A stretch of DNA of 64,000 nt from Bacilli bacterium (GCA_016295795.1 JAEDKN010000002.1:1734-65733); one strand, 5' to 3'. Counted from the first letter of the stretch, positions 41,929 to 53,190 are shown. Numbers and translations are program-made. Notes: a model not told the origin generated them from the letters alone.

Positions 41929-42330
41929 ATGGCTGTAGTAACTGATACAATTGCAGATATGTTAACACGTATTCGTAATGCAAACGCAATGCGTTATACT
42001 GATGTTTCGGTGCCTGCTTCAAATTTGAAAATTGAACTTGCTAGAATTTTAAAAGAAGAAGGATTTATTAAGGATTATAAGGTTGTTAAAAATGATGTTC
42101 AAGGAACTATCGAATTAACACTTAAATATGGAGATAAAAAGGAAAGAGTAATTACTGGATTAAAGCGCATTTCAAAACCAGGATTAAGAGTTTATGCTAA
42201 GAGTGATGAAATTCCTAAAGTATTAAATGGATTAGGAATTGCTATTATTTCTACATCAAAAGGAATTATGACAGATAAAGAAGCAAGACGTCAAAATCTA
42301 GGTGGAGAAGTTCTTGCGTATATTTGGTAA
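41929..42330 (+). CDS. rpsH: 30S ribosomal protein S8
   Basis: S8 translation. Confidence 0.98.
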   Translation: MAVVTDTIADMLTRIRNANAMRYTDVSVPASNLKIELARILKEEGFIKDYKVVKNDVQGTIELTLKYGDKKERVITGLKRISKPGLRVYAKSDEIPKVLNGLGIAIISTSKGIMTDKEARRQNLGGEVLAYIW

Positions 42331-42353
42331 CAAATAAGTAAGGAGGCCTGAAG

Positions 42354-42890
42354 ATGAGTCGTATAGGAAATAGAAAAATTGAGATTCCTGCTGGGGTTAC
42401 AGTTGTTGAAGAAAACGGAACTGTTACTGTTAAGGGTCCTAAAGGAGAACTTAATACTAATTTAGTAAATAATATTACTATTAAAGTAAACGGAAATGAA
42501 CTTGAAGTATTGAGAGCGAATGATAGTAAAGAAGTAAAATCAATGCATGGTACAACAAACGCAAACTTAACTAACATGATTAAAGGTGTAACAGAAGGAT
42601 TTGAAAAAGGACTTGAAATAGTTGGTGTAGGTTATCGTTTTGCTTTGAAAGGAAACAAACTTGTAATAAATGCGGGTTATTCTCATCAAGTTGAAATGGA
42701 TATCCCAAATGGGATAACTGTAGAAGTACCTACTAATACAGAAGTAACTGTTAAAGGTATTGATAAAGTTCAAGTTGGTGAATTTGCAGCAAACATCAGA
42801 AAAGTAAGAAAACCAGAACCTTATAAAGGAAAGGGTATTCGCTATAAAGATGAACATATTCGCCGCAAGGAAGGTAAAAAAGCTGCTTAA
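42354..42890 (+). CDS. rplF: 50S ribosomal protein L6
   Basis: L6 translation. Confidence 0.98.
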   Translation: MSRIGNRKIEIPAGVTVVEENGTVTVKGPKGELNTNLVNNITIKVNGNELEVLRANDSKEVKSMHGTTNANLTNMIKGVTEGFEKGLEIVGVGYRFALKGNKLVINAGYSHQVEMDIPNGITVEVPTNTEVTVKGIDKVQVGEFAANIRKVRKPEPYKGKGIRYKDEHIRRKEGKKAA

Positions 42891-42915
42891 AATATAAGAT
42901 AAGGAGAAGTTACTT

Positions 42916-43278
42916 ATGATAAATAAAGTGTCAAAAAATGTTATGCGTCAAGCAAGACATGAAAGAATTAGAAAAAATATTCATGGAACTGTTGCTGTAC
43001 CAAGATTAAGTGTTTATAGATCTAATTCAAATATATTTGCTCAACTTATTGATGATGAAAATGGTGTCACTTTAGTGAGTGCTTCATCAATTGATAAAGA
43101 ATTAAAATTAGAAAATGGTGGCAATATCGAAGCTGCTACTAAAGTTGGTGAATTATTGGCTGATAGAGCACTAAAAGCTAACATTAAAGAAGTTGTATTT
43201 GATAGAGGGGGACACCTTTATCATGGTCGTGTAAAAGCTTTAGCTGAAGCTGCACGTAAGAATGGATTAGAATTCTAA
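42916..43278 (+). CDS. rplR: 50S ribosomal protein L18
   Basis: L18 translation. Confidence 0.97.
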   Translation: MINKVSKNVMRQARHERIRKNIHGTVAVPRLSVYRSNSNIFAQLIDDENGVTLVSASSIDKELKLENGGNIEAATKVGELLADRALKANIKEVVFDRGGHLYHGRVKALAEAARKNGLEF

Positions 43279-43291
43279 TAGGAGGGTATTT

Positions 43292-43801
43292 ATGCAAAAT
43301 AAAAATAATGACCCTAAGGCAAAAACATTAGAAGAATTAGTTGTCGAAATTAAAAGCGTTGTTAAAGTTAACAAGGGTGGTAGACAAAGACGATTCTCAG
43401 CTACTGTTGTTGTAGGGGATAGAAAAGGTAAGGTTGGATTAGGTATGGGAAAGGCAAATGAAGTACCTGATGCAATTAAAAAAGCAATTCAAGCTGCTAA
43501 TAAAAATTTAATTAAGGTACCTTTAACTGATAATAGAACAATTGCACATGAAGTAAATGGAGTAGCTGGAGCTGCAAAAGTAATTTTAAAGCCAGCAGCA
43601 CCAGGTACTGGAGTTATTGCTGGTGGTGCAGTTAGAGCTGTACTAGAACTTGCAGGAATTCAGGATATTTTGTCTAAATCACTAGGATCAAGAACTAAAA
43701 ATAATATGGCAAGCGCTACAATTAATGCACTAAAACAAATTAAAACACCAGAACATGTTGCAGAGCTTAGAGGAAAAACTGTAGAGGAGATTTTGGGATA
43801 A
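43292..43801 (+). CDS. rpsE: 30S ribosomal protein S5
   Basis: S5 translation. Confidence 0.98.
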   Translation: MQNKNNDPKAKTLEELVVEIKSVVKVNKGGRQRRFSATVVVGDRKGKVGLGMGKANEVPDAIKKAIQAANKNLIKVPLTDNRTIAHEVNGVAGAAKVILKPAAPGTGVIAGGAVRAVLELAGIQDILSKSLGSRTKNNMASATINALKQIKTPEHVAELRGKTVEEILG

Positions 43802-44244
43802 TGAAATTACATGAGTTAGAAAAAAATATTGGTGCAAAACAAAAAAGAAAAATTGTAGGACGTGGACCAGGTAGTGGTCTTGGAAAGACTAGTGGAAAAG
43901 GACAAAAAGGACAAAATGCTCGTAGTGGTGGAGGCGTTAGCCCTGTATTTGAGGGTGGTCAATTACCATTATATAGACGTTTACCTAAGAGAGGATTCTC
44001 TAATCATGAATTCAAAGTTAGATATGCAACTATTAATTTAGGTGACTTAAATATATTTGAAGAAGGTACATTAGTAACCCCAGCTTTACTAAAAGAAGTT
44101 GGTTTGGTAAAAAAACAATTAGATGGAATTAAAATTCTTGGAGATGGAGAACTTAATAAGAAATTAACTATTCAAGCACATAAATTCTCAAAAAGTGCAG
44201 TTGAAAAGTTAGAAGAATCTGGAAGCAAAATTGAGGTGATCTAA
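43801..44244 (+). CDS. rplO: 50S ribosomal protein L15
   Basis: L15 translation; TAATG overlap with rpsE. Confidence 0.97.
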   Translation: MKLHELEKNIGAKQKRKIVGRGPGSGLGKTSGKGQKGQNARSGGGVSPVFEGGQLPLYRRLPKRGFSNHEFKVRYATINLGDLNIFEEGTLVTPALLKEVGLVKKQLDGIKILGDGELNKKLTIQAHKFSKSAVEKLEESGSKIEVI

Positions 44245-44245
44245 T

Positions 44246-45508
44246 ATGTTTCAGACTATGAAACAATTATTTGCGCCTACTAATAAAGACTTAAGAGGAA
44301 GAATACTTTTCACTTTAGGTGCATTGATGATTTTTGTGATAGGTACTGGAGTTCAAGTTCCAGGTACTGCAGATGTTACTATTAATTTGGGATTTCTTGA
44401 ATTAATAAATGTAATGGGTGGAGGAGCGCTAAAGCAATTTTCAATATTTGCACTTGGTGTTACACCATACATTACAGCATCCATTATTGTTCAATTATTA
44501 CAAATGGATATTTTTCCATATTTTAGTGAATTAAAAGAACAAGGGCCGGTAGGTCGTCAAAAACTTAACCAAATTACTAGGTATATGGGTATAATCTTTG
44601 CTTTCATTGAAGGATTTGCATTTGGTTATGCATTCTTGGGAAGCGGAAAAACTACTATGGATTATATGTACGTAGCTACTATATTAACAGCAGGTACAGC
44701 ATTTCTTTTGTGGTTAGGTGATCAAGTTACTCAAAAAGGAATAGGAAATGGTATTTCTTTAATAATTATGGCAGGTATAATCTCTACATTACCAAATATG
44801 TTTATAACTGCATTTAAAGAATTGATTATTGATAGTGAATTAGCTTTATGGTTAGGAATAATATTATTTGCTTTATTGGTAATAGTATATTTTCTAGTAA
44901 TAATAGGAGTTATCTTTGTTGAATTAGCAGAGAGAAAAATTCCAATTCAATATGCTAATAAATCAACAAGCGTTTATGGTAATCAATCATTTATGCCTAT
45001 TAAAGTAAATACAGCTGGAGTTATTCCTGTAATATTTGCTTCGAGCTTACTTTCTATACCGGCAGTTATCGCACAGTTTGTAAAGAATGAAAGTTTTACG
45101 AATTTTGTAAACAATTATTTGACTTATACTAAGCCAGTAGGGTTTATAATATTTGTTCTTTTGATTTTCTTCTTTGCTTATTTCTATACATTTATTCAAT
45201 TAAGACCTGAAGAATTATCAAAAAATTTAAAAGAGAACGGTGGCTTTATTCCTGGGATTAGGCCTGGAAAAGACACTGAACAATATATCTCTAATGTTTT
45301 ATCTAAGTTAACGATAATTGGTGGTATTTTCTTAGCAATAATTGCGGGGCTTCCTATAATATTTAGCAATCTTTCTGGATTGTCTTCAACAATTACAATT
45401 GGTGGAACTAGTTTGTTAATTGTAGTTGGTGTAGCTCTAGAAACTTATAAGCAATTAGAAGGTAGTCTTGTTTCAAGAAATTACAAGAAAGGGTATAGTA
45501 GGAGATAG
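44246..45508 (+). CDS. secY: preprotein translocase subunit SecY
   Basis: 10-TM SecY translation. Confidence 0.98.
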   Translation: MFQTMKQLFAPTNKDLRGRILFTLGALMIFVIGTGVQVPGTADVTINLGFLELINVMGGGALKQFSIFALGVTPYITASIIVQLLQMDIFPYFSELKEQGPVGRQKLNQITRYMGIIFAFIEGFAFGYAFLGSGKTTMDYMYVATILTAGTAFLLWLGDQVTQKGIGNGISLIIMAGIISTLPNMFITAFKELIIDSELALWLGIILFALLVIVYFLVIIGVIFVELAERKIPIQYANKSTSVYGNQSFMPIKVNTAGVIPVIFASSLLSIPAVIAQFVKNESFTNFVNNYLTYTKPVGFIIFVLLIFFFAYFYTFIQLRPEELSKNLKENGGFIPGIRPGKDTEQYISNVLSKLTIIGGIFLAIIAGLPIIFSNLSGLSSTITIGGTSLLIVVGVALETYKQLEGSLVSRNYKKGYSRR

Positions 45509-45509
45509 A

Positions 45510-46163
45510 ATGAAGAATTTAATTTTAATTGCTGCACCTGGTGCAGGAAAGGGTACTTTATCCAAAGATTTATTAGAAAAATATGACTATGTTCATATTT
45601 CGACTGGTGATTTATTAAGAGAACAAGTTGCAAAAGGAGGAGAACTAGGTAAAAAAATTCATGAGATGCAGGTATCGGGTGGATTAGTTACTTCTGATAT
45701 TGTATATGCCGCATTAGAAAATAAATTAAATGATCCGGCTTGTGATAATGGATATATTTTAGATGGTTTTCCTAGAAATGTAGAACAAGCTTTAGAATAT
45801 GATAAAATACTATCTAAATCTGGTAAAGAATTGGGATTGGTTATAGTATTAGATATTCCGAAGGAAATGTTAATTGAAAGAATAACTGGAAGATTTATGT
45901 GTAAAGATTGTGGGGCTATTTATAACGTATATAATAAAGAAATGGCTCCTAAAAACGAAGGTATCTGTGATAAATGTGGTGGTGAACTTTATCAACGAAA
46001 AGATGATAATTTGGAATCATTTGAGAATAGATATCAAACTTATTTAGATAGTACTACGCCACTTATTGATTTTTATAAAGAAAAAGGTGCTCTACATGTC
46101 GTTGATGGAAGTAAGGGTCATCTTTACACCTTAGAGCAAGTTGAGAAATTAATAAACAACTAG
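45510..46163 (+). CDS. adk: adenylate kinase (zinc-lid type)
   Basis: IAAPGAGKGT P-loop; CKDC...CDKC lid; ATG 45510 follows AGGAGA. Confidence 0.97.
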   Translation: MKNLILIAAPGAGKGTLSKDLLEKYDYVHISTGDLLREQVAKGGELGKKIHEMQVSGGLVTSDIVYAALENKLNDPACDNGYILDGFPRNVEQALEYDKILSKSGKELGLVIVLDIPKEMLIERITGRFMCKDCGAIYNVYNKEMAPKNEGICDKCGGELYQRKDDNLESFENRYQTYLDSTTPLIDFYKEKGALHVVDGSKGHLYTLEQVEKLINN

Positions 46164-46170
46164 GTGTAAA

Positions 46171-46917
46171 ATGATTAAAATAAAGAGTCAAAGAGAAATA
46201 GATTTAATGAGGCAAGCGGGGCATATTGTCTATTTAACACATCAATACTTAAAGCCTTATATAAAAGAGGGAATAACAACAAAACAGTTAGACAAATTAG
46301 CTGAGGATTTCATAAGAAGTAAGAATGCTATTCCTTCGTGTAAGGGTTATGAAGGCTATCCAGCTACTCTTTGTGTAAGTATAAATGAAGAAGTAGTACA
46401 TGGGATTCCTAGTAATAGAAAACTAAAAAAAGGAGATATAGTATCTATTGATGTATGTGTTTGTTATAAAGGATATCATGGTGATTCGGCGTGGACATAT
46501 CCGGTAGGAGAGATAAGTAATTCTAAAAAAGAATTGCTCTTATATACTGAACAGGCTTTGTATGAAGGTTTAAATCAAATAAAACCGGGTAATAGAATTG
46601 GGGATATATCAAATGCTATTGAACTTTATGCCAATAGTCACAATTTGGGAGTCGTAAAAGAATTAGTTGGACATGGTGTAGGAAGTTCCTTGCATGAAGA
46701 ACCAGATGTTCCAAATTATGGTAAAAAATCTACTGGACCAATTTTAAAAGAGGGAATGGTAATAGCTGTAGAACCTATGTTGAATTATGGAACGGCAGAT
46801 ATATATATGCTTGAAGATGGTTGGACAATAGTAACTGATGATGATAGTCCATCTGCTCATTTTGAACATACTGTTCTTGTTACAAAAGATGGATATGAAA
46901 TATTAACAGGAGAGTGA
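46171..46917 (+). CDS. map: type I methionine aminopeptidase
   Basis: Map translation with metal ligands (D..D..H..E..E pattern). Confidence 0.96.
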   Translation: MIKIKSQREIDLMRQAGHIVYLTHQYLKPYIKEGITTKQLDKLAEDFIRSKNAIPSCKGYEGYPATLCVSINEEVVHGIPSNRKLKKGDIVSIDVCVCYKGYHGDSAWTYPVGEISNSKKELLLYTEQALYEGLNQIKPGNRIGDISNAIELYANSHNLGVVKELVGHGVGSSLHEEPDVPNYGKKSTGPILKEGMVIAVEPMLNYGTADIYMLEDGWTIVTDDDSPSAHFEHTVLVTKDGYEILTGE

Positions 46918-46921
46918 AAAG

Positions 46922-47137
46922 ATGGCAAAAGATGATACAATTGAAGTTGAAGGAAAAGTTATTGAAATTATTCCAGGTGGTAAATTCAAAGTTGAATTAG
47001 AAAACGGATACATTGTAGAAGCTCACGTTTCTGGTAAAATACGAATGAATTACATTCGCATCTTACCGGGGGATACTGTGATGTTGGAATTATCACCTTA
47101 CGACTTAACACGTGGGCGTATAACCTATAGAAAATAA
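46922..47137 (+). CDS. infA: translation initiation factor IF-1
   Basis: IF-1 S1-fold translation. Confidence 0.97.
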   Translation: MAKDDTIEVEGKVIEIIPGGKFKVELENGYIVEAHVSGKIRMNYIRILPGDTVMLELSPYDLTRGRITYRK

Positions 47138-47151
47138 TAGGAGGGATATAA

Positions 47152-47265
47152 ATGAAAGTAAAAGCATCAGCTAAGAAAATTTGTGCTAAATGTAAAGTTG
47201 TCAAAAGAAAAGGTAAAATAAGAATTATTTGTGAAAATCCAAAACACAAACAAGTTCAAGGATAA
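47152..47265 (+). CDS. rpmJ: 50S ribosomal protein L36 (37 aa; not in the ORF track)
   Basis: [37 protein letters not shown]; GGAGGG RBS; canonical infA-rpmJ-rpsM position. Confidence 0.95.
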   Translation: MKVKASAKKICAKCKVVKRKGKIRIICENPKHKQVQG

Positions 47266-47283
47266 TGAAAGGAAGTGTAGAAT

Positions 47284-47649
47284 ATGGCTCGTATAAAAGG
47301 TGTAGATATACCTAATGATAAACATATTGAAATAGCATTAACTTATGTTTATGGTATTGGTAGGAAAAGATCTAATAAAATATTAGAAGCAGTTAAAATT
47401 GATCCAACTACAAAAGTAAAAGATCTAACAAACGATGAACTAAATTTAATTCGTGATGAGGTTTCTAAGTACAATGTAGAGGGTGATCTTAGACGTGAAG
47501 TAAATATGAATATTAAAACGAAAATGGAAATAAATTCATATCAAGGTACTCGTCATAAAAAAGGACTACCTGTAAGAGGACAATCAACTAGAAGTAATGC
47601 TAGAACTCGTAAAGGAAAAGGAAAAACTATAGCTAATAAGAAAAAATAG
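47284..47649 (+). CDS. rpsM: 30S ribosomal protein S13
   Basis: S13 translation. Confidence 0.98.
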   Translation: MARIKGVDIPNDKHIEIALTYVYGIGRKRSNKILEAVKIDPTTKVKDLTNDELNLIRDEVSKYNVEGDLRREVNMNIKTKMEINSYQGTRHKKGLPVRGQSTRSNARTRKGKGKTIANKKK

Positions 47650-47681
47650 TAATTATTAATTAGTAAAAGGAGGTCAAAAGA

Positions 47682-48065
47682 ATGGCTTATAAAACTAGAA
47701 AGAGAAAAGTTAAAAAGAATGTTCCAGAAGGAATAGCGCATATTCATTCAACATTCAATAATACAATTACTACTATTACTGATAAAGAGGGAAATGCAAT
47801 TGCTTGGTCATCAAGTGGAGCTCTAGGATTTAAGGGTAGTAAGAAATCAACTCCATTTGCAGCAGGAATCGCAGCAGAAGCTGCAGGAAAAGCAGCATAT
47901 GAAATTGGTATGAGAAAAGTAGAAGTTTATGTTAAAGGTTTAGGACCTGGTAGAGAAACTGCTATCAGATCACTTCAAACGGCAGGACTAGAAGTAACTG
48001 CAATTAATGATGTCACACCAATTCCACATAATGGATGTCGTCCACCAAAACGTCCACGTGGTTAA
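47682..48065 (+). CDS. rpsK: 30S ribosomal protein S11
   Basis: S11 translation. Confidence 0.98.
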   Translation: MAYKTRKRKVKKNVPEGIAHIHSTFNNTITTITDKEGNAIAWSSSGALGFKGSKKSTPFAAGIAAEAAGKAAYEIGMRKVEVYVKGLGPGRETAIRSLQTAGLEVTAINDVTPIPHNGCRPPKRPRG

Positions 48066-48084
48066 TAATAAAGGAGGTAGTTTC

Positions 48085-49035
48085 ATGGTAGAATTTGAAA
48101 AACCAAACTATAAAATAACGGATTATGTAGAAAGTAATTTTTACGGTAAATTTGAGCTAGAACCTTTGGAGAGAGGATTTGGAATAACTTTAGGTAATGC
48201 GTTAAGACGTGTTATGTTATCCTCACTTCCGGGTGCTGCTATAAGTAGTGTGAAAATTGAAGGAGCATTGCATGAGTTCCAAACTTTAAATGGAGTAGTA
48301 GAAGATGTTACAACTATTATTTTGAATTTAAAGAAAATTGTTATAAAAAAACATGTTGAAGAGGTAAAAACTGTTCATTTAAACGTTACCAAAGAAGGAC
48401 CAGTAACTGCTGGGGATATCGAATGTGATAGTGATGTTGAAATAATTAATAAAGATTTAGTTATTGCCAATGTTGCTAAAGGCGGCAGTCTAGTTATGGA
48501 GATGACGGTATCTAGTGGAAGAGGATATGTAAGAAGTGAGGAAAACAAAAAACTTCTTGATATTAAGAAAGTCGGAGTAATACCAATAGATTCAATCTAC
48601 TCTCCAATAGAAAGAATTTCATATGACGTAGAGAGTGCACGTGTTGGGCAAGATGAAAGTTATGATAAATTGATATTAAATGTATGGACTAATGGTTCAA
48701 TTAAGCCTGAGGAGGCAATTGCTTTAGCATCTAGAATATTAATAGAACATTTTAATATATTAACTAATTTAAGCAATATTGCAAATGTTACTGGAATGAT
48801 GATTGAGAAAACAGAAGATCCAAAGGTAAAAGCATTAGAGACTACTATCGAAGATTTGGATTTTTCAGTAAGAGCATACAACTGCTTGAAAAGAGCTGGA
48901 ATTCATACTTTACAAGATTTAGTTAACAAAAGCGAAAACGATATGATGAAAATACGTAATTTAGGTAAAAAATCTTTAAAAGAAGTATTAGATAAAGTTA
49001 GAGATTTAGGACTACTTTTACGTGATGACGACTAG
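48085..49035 (+). CDS. rpoA: DNA-directed RNA polymerase subunit alpha
   Basis: [11 protein letters not shown]...; ATG 48085 follows AAGGAGG; the 48007 start in the track overlaps rpsK. Confidence 0.97.
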   Translation: MVEFEKPNYKITDYVESNFYGKFELEPLERGFGITLGNALRRVMLSSLPGAAISSVKIEGALHEFQTLNGVVEDVTTIILNLKKIVIKKHVEEVKTVHLNVTKEGPVTAGDIECDSDVEIINKDLVIANVAKGGSLVMEMTVSSGRGYVRSEENKKLLDIKKVGVIPIDSIYSPIERISYDVESARVGQDESYDKLILNVWTNGSIKPEEAIALASRILIEHFNILTNLSNIANVTGMMIEKTEDPKVKALETTIEDLDFSVRAYNCLKRAGIHTLQDLVNKSENDMMKIRNLGKKSLKEVLDKVRDLGLLLRDDD

Positions 49036-49049
49036 TAGGGAGGATAATT

Positions 49050-49397
49050 ATGGCATATAGAAAATTAGGTGTTGATAATAAACATAGAAGAAGCATGCTT
49101 GCTAATTTAACAAAAGATGTTATAAAAAACGGTAGAATCATCACAACTGAAACAAGAGCTAAAGAAGTAAGAAAATTTGTTGATAAAATGATTACTTATG
49201 GTAAAAAGGGAGATTTAGTTTCTCGTAGGAAAGCTTTAGCTTTCTTACAAAATGATAAAGAAGCAGTTAAAATTGTGTTCGATGATTTGGCTAGCAAATA
49301 TGCTAAAAGAAATGGTGGATATACTAGAATACTAAAACTAGATGAAAGACGTGGAGATGACGCTTTGATGGTTGTTTTAGAACTTGTTGAAGAATAA
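49050..49397 (+). CDS. rplQ: 50S ribosomal protein L17
   Basis: L17 translation. Confidence 0.98.
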   Translation: MAYRKLGVDNKHRRSMLANLTKDVIKNGRIITTETRAKEVRKFVDKMITYGKKGDLVSRRKALAFLQNDKEAVKIVFDDLASKYAKRNGGYTRILKLDERRGDDALMVVLELVEE

Positions 49398-49421
49398 GAC
49401 TAGAAATAGTCTTTTTTTTTG
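49396..49421 (+). terminator. terminator of the alpha operon
   Basis: AAGACTA-GAAA-TAGTCTT stem-loop and a T9 run. Confidence 0.8.
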
Positions 49422-49485
49422 TTCTAAAAAAATGTGATTACGCTATAATTGTTGTAGATAAAAGTTTTTTGAAAGGAGTTGTGAT

Positions 49486-50361
49486 ATGTCTAATCGCAAG
49501 AAAAAACTTAGTGAAAAAGTTTTAAATAATAGTAAATTAGTATTATGTAATAAGTTAAAAAATACTCCTTCAAAAAGCAAAAATATTAACAGAAAAGTAA
49601 AGATTTTATCCGAAAAACATACAAAAACTCAAAAAAATGATTCCAAAGAGCAAAAAAAATTATCAGAGGAGATAATTTTGCCAAAAGAAAGTAAAGAATC
49701 TGTAAATATGGAAAAAAAGAAAAAAACGAAATTTGATGTAAAAAATGTTACTAAAATTTCGATTTTATTTTTAGGTATGATTTTTTTAATTGTATTAATA
49801 ACAATCTTTTTACTTAATAATGAAAATATATTGATTTTTTCGTTTGAGGAATATAAAACTGGAGAATTGGTAAATATAGGTGCTACTAAGTGGTATGTAA
49901 TATCAGATAGCAACGTAGATAATCAGACAGTTGAATTGTTGAGTCAAAAACCAATAGATATTAATAATGATGGGAAACTTGATGATGATGATAGAAAAAA
50001 ATTTGATATGGAAGGAAAATATTATTATAGTATAAAAAATAAAAACAATATAGGATATTTTTTGAATAATGAATTGAAAAAGCTATTGAATATAAAAGGT
50101 ATTAAAAGTATTAGATTGTTATCTTCAGAAGAATATATTTATATAAGAAATCGAATGGATTTTGGTTATGACTGGAAAGATGGAAATTGGCTAGCAAATA
50201 AAGAAATTGGTGAATGGTGGTTAGATACTATAAAATATAATAGGGTATATACAGTGACAGAAAGAGGCAGTTATAAGCTTGATTATTCAGATAATAAAAA
50301 TTTTGTAAGACCGGTTATTTTGATTGATAAATCATATGTTAATAAATTTTTTAATAGATAA
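49486..50361 (+). CDS. hypothetical membrane-anchored protein, C-terminal part DUF6273-like
   Basis: Lys-rich N-terminus, TM helix, then ...WYVISD..., EWWLDT and NFVRPVILIDK, reminiscent of the WWLRS/VRPA motifs of that family (from memory). Confidence 0.45.
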   Translation: MSNRKKKLSEKVLNNSKLVLCNKLKNTPSKSKNINRKVKILSEKHTKTQKNDSKEQKKLSEEIILPKESKESVNMEKKKKTKFDVKNVTKISILFLGMIFLIVLITIFLLNNENILIFSFEEYKTGELVNIGATKWYVISDSNVDNQTVELLSQKPIDINNDGKLDDDDRKKFDMEGKYYYSIKNKNNIGYFLNNELKKLLNIKGIKSIRLLSSEEYIYIRNRMDFGYDWKDGNWLANKEIGEWWLDTIKYNRVYTVTERGSYKLDYSDNKNFVRPVILIDKSYVNKFFNR

Positions 50362-50434
50362 AAATCAATAATTTTGAGGAAAATGATATTTAATAAATAA
50401 TAATAATAGTAAGTGATGGTAAATATTGATAAAT

Positions 50435-52201
50435 ATGAAGAAAATATTATTATTAATTTTAATGTTGTTTTTTGTTGGAATAACTAATGCTTATGCTTCT
50501 AATTATGATGAAGAATTTTATGCTGCGGAATGGATAAATAATATCTATATAAATAAGGTTAAATCATCAAGAATATATTATAAACAAGCAAGATTTATAA
50601 GGAAAAAGAGCAATAATGGAATAGCATATTGTATAGAACCTTTTGAAAATATGAAATATAATTCAAAATATAATGCTTATACAGATAATTATGCTAAAAG
50701 ATTAGGATTAAGTGATTCGAAATGGAGACAAATCAGTTTGATAGCTTATTATGGCTATGGTTATGAAGGGCATACACAGGATAAATGGTATGCTATTACG
50801 CAGGTTATGATATGGAGGGTTGTTGATGAAAATGCAGAATTCTATTTTACTGATTCATTAAATGGTAAGAGAATAGATTTATATGAGAGTGAGATAAATG
50901 AAATAGAAAAGTTGGTTATAAATCACAACAAAGTGCCAAGCTTTGCACATAGGGAGTATAATTTTTCTATAAATAGTACTAATATTTTAACTGATACTGG
51001 CAATGTCTTGAAGAATTATAAGATAGTTTCTAAAAGCGATAATTTGAACGCTTCAATATTAAATAATAAGATTACTATAAAAACAAATAATATTTCCGAT
51101 TCTTTTATAAAATTTGAAAAGAGAAGCAATTATGAAAATCCAACTATTATTTTTGTTGATTCTAACTATCAAAATCTTTTGGTACCAGGTATTGTTGAAA
51201 AAATAACATTTGATTTAAATATAAATGTTATTGCTGGGAGTATAAAGATACAAAAACTCGATTATGATACCGGATTACCTAAAGCTTCAGGTGAAGGTAA
51301 ATTAATAGGAAGTGTATATGAAATTTTTGATTCATCAGGTAAATTAGTAGACACCTTAACAATTGATGATAATTATCAAGCAAGTTCTAAACAGTTACCT
51401 TTTGGAAAATACATAGTTAAAGAGAAGAGTAGTATGGAAGGTTATGAGCTAGATAATAATGAATATGAAGTTATAATAGATGAAGAAAACATCATTCATG
51501 AATTAAAATTGAAAAACAAAGTTATTAAATCAACAATTGAACTTTATAAATATTATGATGATAAGTTAGAATCTGGAGTAAATTTTGAAATATATAATAG
51601 TAGCGGTGAATTAATAAAAGAGGTGATTACTGATGAGTTTGGGAAAATAAGTGTAGAATTGCCATTTGGAACCTATCTTTTTCATCAACTAAATAGTATT
51701 AAAAATTATAAATGTGTGGATGATTTTTCTATAATTATTGATAATGAAACCCCAAGAGTTAAAAGGATAAATTTATATGACGAAAAATTTTACTCAAAAT
51801 TGAAAATAATAAAACAAGATAGTATAACAGGAGAGCTGATAAAAGATGAGATTACATTTAAAATATTTGATTTGTTAGAAAATAAATATATCCAAATTAA
51901 TGGTTCTGAAGAATTAAAAGCTTTGGATGGAATATTAGTTATAGATCGAATAGAAGCAGGAAATTATTATATAGAGGAAGTAAAATCTCCAAATGGTTAT
52001 ATTTTAAATAAAGAAAAAATTTTCTTTAGGATTGATGATGAAAACATATTTGGATATGAAGATAATATACCAGTTTTTGAAATAAAAGTTATGAATACTA
52101 AGGAAAAGGAAATATTGGAAGTGAGTGTACCTAATACTTCTAAATCATACCAAATTGAATTTTCATGTATAATAGAAGAAAAAAAGAAAAAGTTATGCTA
52201 A
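50435..52201 (+). CDS. secreted surface protein: Cys-Gln thioester domain (TED) followed by three SpaA/CnaB-type prealbumin-fold domains
   Basis: Signal peptide ...TNAYA; GIAYCIEP (thioester Cys) and YAITQVMIW (TQxxIW Gln motif); three ~85-aa beta-sandwich repeats (..IKIQKLD..G..YEIF..G..V..LT.D..G......LPFGKYIVKE...P.GY). Confidence 0.7.
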   Translation: MKKILLLILMLFFVGITNAYASNYDEEFYAAEWINNIYINKVKSSRIYYKQARFIRKKSNNGIAYCIEPFENMKYNSKYNAYTDNYAKRLGLSDSKWRQISLIAYYGYGYEGHTQDKWYAITQVMIWRVVDENAEFYFTDSLNGKRIDLYESEINEIEKLVINHNKVPSFAHREYNFSINSTNILTDTGNVLKNYKIVSKSDNLNASILNNKITIKTNNISDSFIKFEKRSNYENPTIIFVDSNYQNLLVPGIVEKITFDLNINVIAGSIKIQKLDYDTGLPKASGEGKLIGSVYEIFDSSGKLVDTLTIDDNYQASSKQLPFGKYIVKEKSSMEGYELDNNEYEVIIDEENIIHELKLKNKVIKSTIELYKYYDDKLESGVNFEIYNSSGELIKEVITDEFGKISVELPFGTYLFHQLNSIKNYKCVDDFSIIIDNETPRVKRINLYDEKFYSKLKIIKQDSITGELIKDEITFKIFDLLENKYIQINGSEELKALDGILVIDRIEAGNYYIEEVKSPNGYILNKEKIFFRIDDENIFGYEDNIPVFEIKVMNTKEKEILEVSVPNTSKSYQIEFSCIIEEKKKKLC

Positions 52202-52202
52202 C

Positions 52203-52250
52203 AAAAAGCTCTGTTGAGATAAATACTCAGCAGAGTTTTTATTTTTTTTC
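52203..52250. terminator. bidirectional terminator between the adhesin gene and the ABC permease gene
   Basis: CTCTGTTGAG/CTCAGCAGAG 10-bp stem (one G-U pair) flanked by A5 and a T-run. Confidence 0.65.
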
Positions 52251-53033
52251 AACTTTTTTTTCAATCAAATGAATGACATAATACATAAAATAAGATAATA
52301 TTCCTAAAACAAAAACTGAGGCAATTACTAAATTTATATTAAACACTTGTGATCCGTACATTATTAAGTAACCCAATCCTTTTTTTGAAACTAGTAGTTC
52401 TCCCATTATAACTCCGATTAGAGACATACTTATATTGATTTTAAAATTATTAATAATGTTAGAAATATTGCTTGGTATTACTACTTTTGTATATAGTTGC
52501 CATTTACTAGATTTAAAAGATTTCATTAGTGTTACAAAATTTTCATCTGTACTTATAAAGCTATTATAAATATTAATTATGCTTATTATAGAGCTAATCA
52601 TAAGAGCCATAAATATAATAGAATTTATACTAGCGCCTACCCAAATAATTATTAAAGGTCCTAATGCAACTTTTGGTAAAGAATTAATAATTGTTAAGTA
52701 GGGATCAGCAATTTTGGCAATCGTGTTATTCCACCATAGGATTGTTCCTACAATCAAGCCTATAATATTGGCTAATAAGAAACTTATAATAGTTTCATAT
52801 ACTGTTATACTAATATGATTGAATAAGTCTCCATTATTATATAACCCGACCAAGCATCTATATATATTTGATGGCGAAGAAAATAAGAAGGTATTTATTA
52901 TTTTTTTATAAGAAAGGTATTCCCATATCGCTAAGAATAAAATAATTATAATAATTTGCCAGAATAATATAAAATATTTCTTTTTTTTCTTCTTTTTAAG
53001 AAATTCTATATGCTCTCTACTAAAGGTGGACAT
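52239..53033 (-). CDS. ABC transporter permease, NitT/TauT (SsuC-like) family
   Basis: 6-TM permease with an EAA-type loop; ATG 53033 lies 7 nt after GGAGG; overlaps the ATPase 3' end. Confidence 0.85.
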   Translation of the reverse strand: MSTFSREHIEFLKKKKKKKYFILFWQIIIIILFLAIWEYLSYKKIINTFLFSSPSNIYRCLVGLYNNGDLFNHISITVYETIISFLLANIIGLIVGTILWWNNTIAKIADPYLTIINSLPKVALGPLIIIWVGASINSIIFMALMISSIISIINIYNSFISTDENFVTLMKSFKSSKWQLYTKVVIPSNISNIINNFKINISMSLIGVIMGELLVSKKGLGYLIMYGSQVFNINLVIASVFVLGILSYFMYYVIHLIEKKVEKK

Positions 53034-53190
53034 CCAAATCCCTCCAGATTTTATCATAGTAGTAACTAAATTCTTTACATTTTCTATTATTAATAGGGGT
53101 TGTACTGTTTGTTAGTTTAATATCGTAAATGCATTTTACTTTGGCAGGTCGCTTGGTTAATACTACAATTCGGTTAGATAAACTTATTGC
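53020..53190 (-). pseudogene. 3' fragment (56 codons plus stop) of the split SsuB/TauB-like ABC ATPase gene
   Basis: AISLSNRIVVLTKRPAKVKCIYDI... is the post-H-loop region of this ATPase family. Confidence 0.85.

Noticed and set aside
48007-48084. N-terminal extensions suggested by the ORF track: rpoA from 48007, rplL from 2726, adk from 45468, rplD from 36474, rpmC from 39962, rnr from 21694 and rplK from 892.
   Set aside because: In each case an internal ATG or GTG preceded by a good Shine-Dalgarno gives the conserved protein N-terminus. The extensions overlap upstream genes or the SD itself.
52120-52201. VPNTS near the C-terminus of the TED protein as a sortase (LPXTG-like) sorting signal.
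   Set aside because: The motif is non-canonical. The following segment (KSYQIEFSCIIEE) is too short and too polar to be the required TM helix, although a KKKK tail is present.
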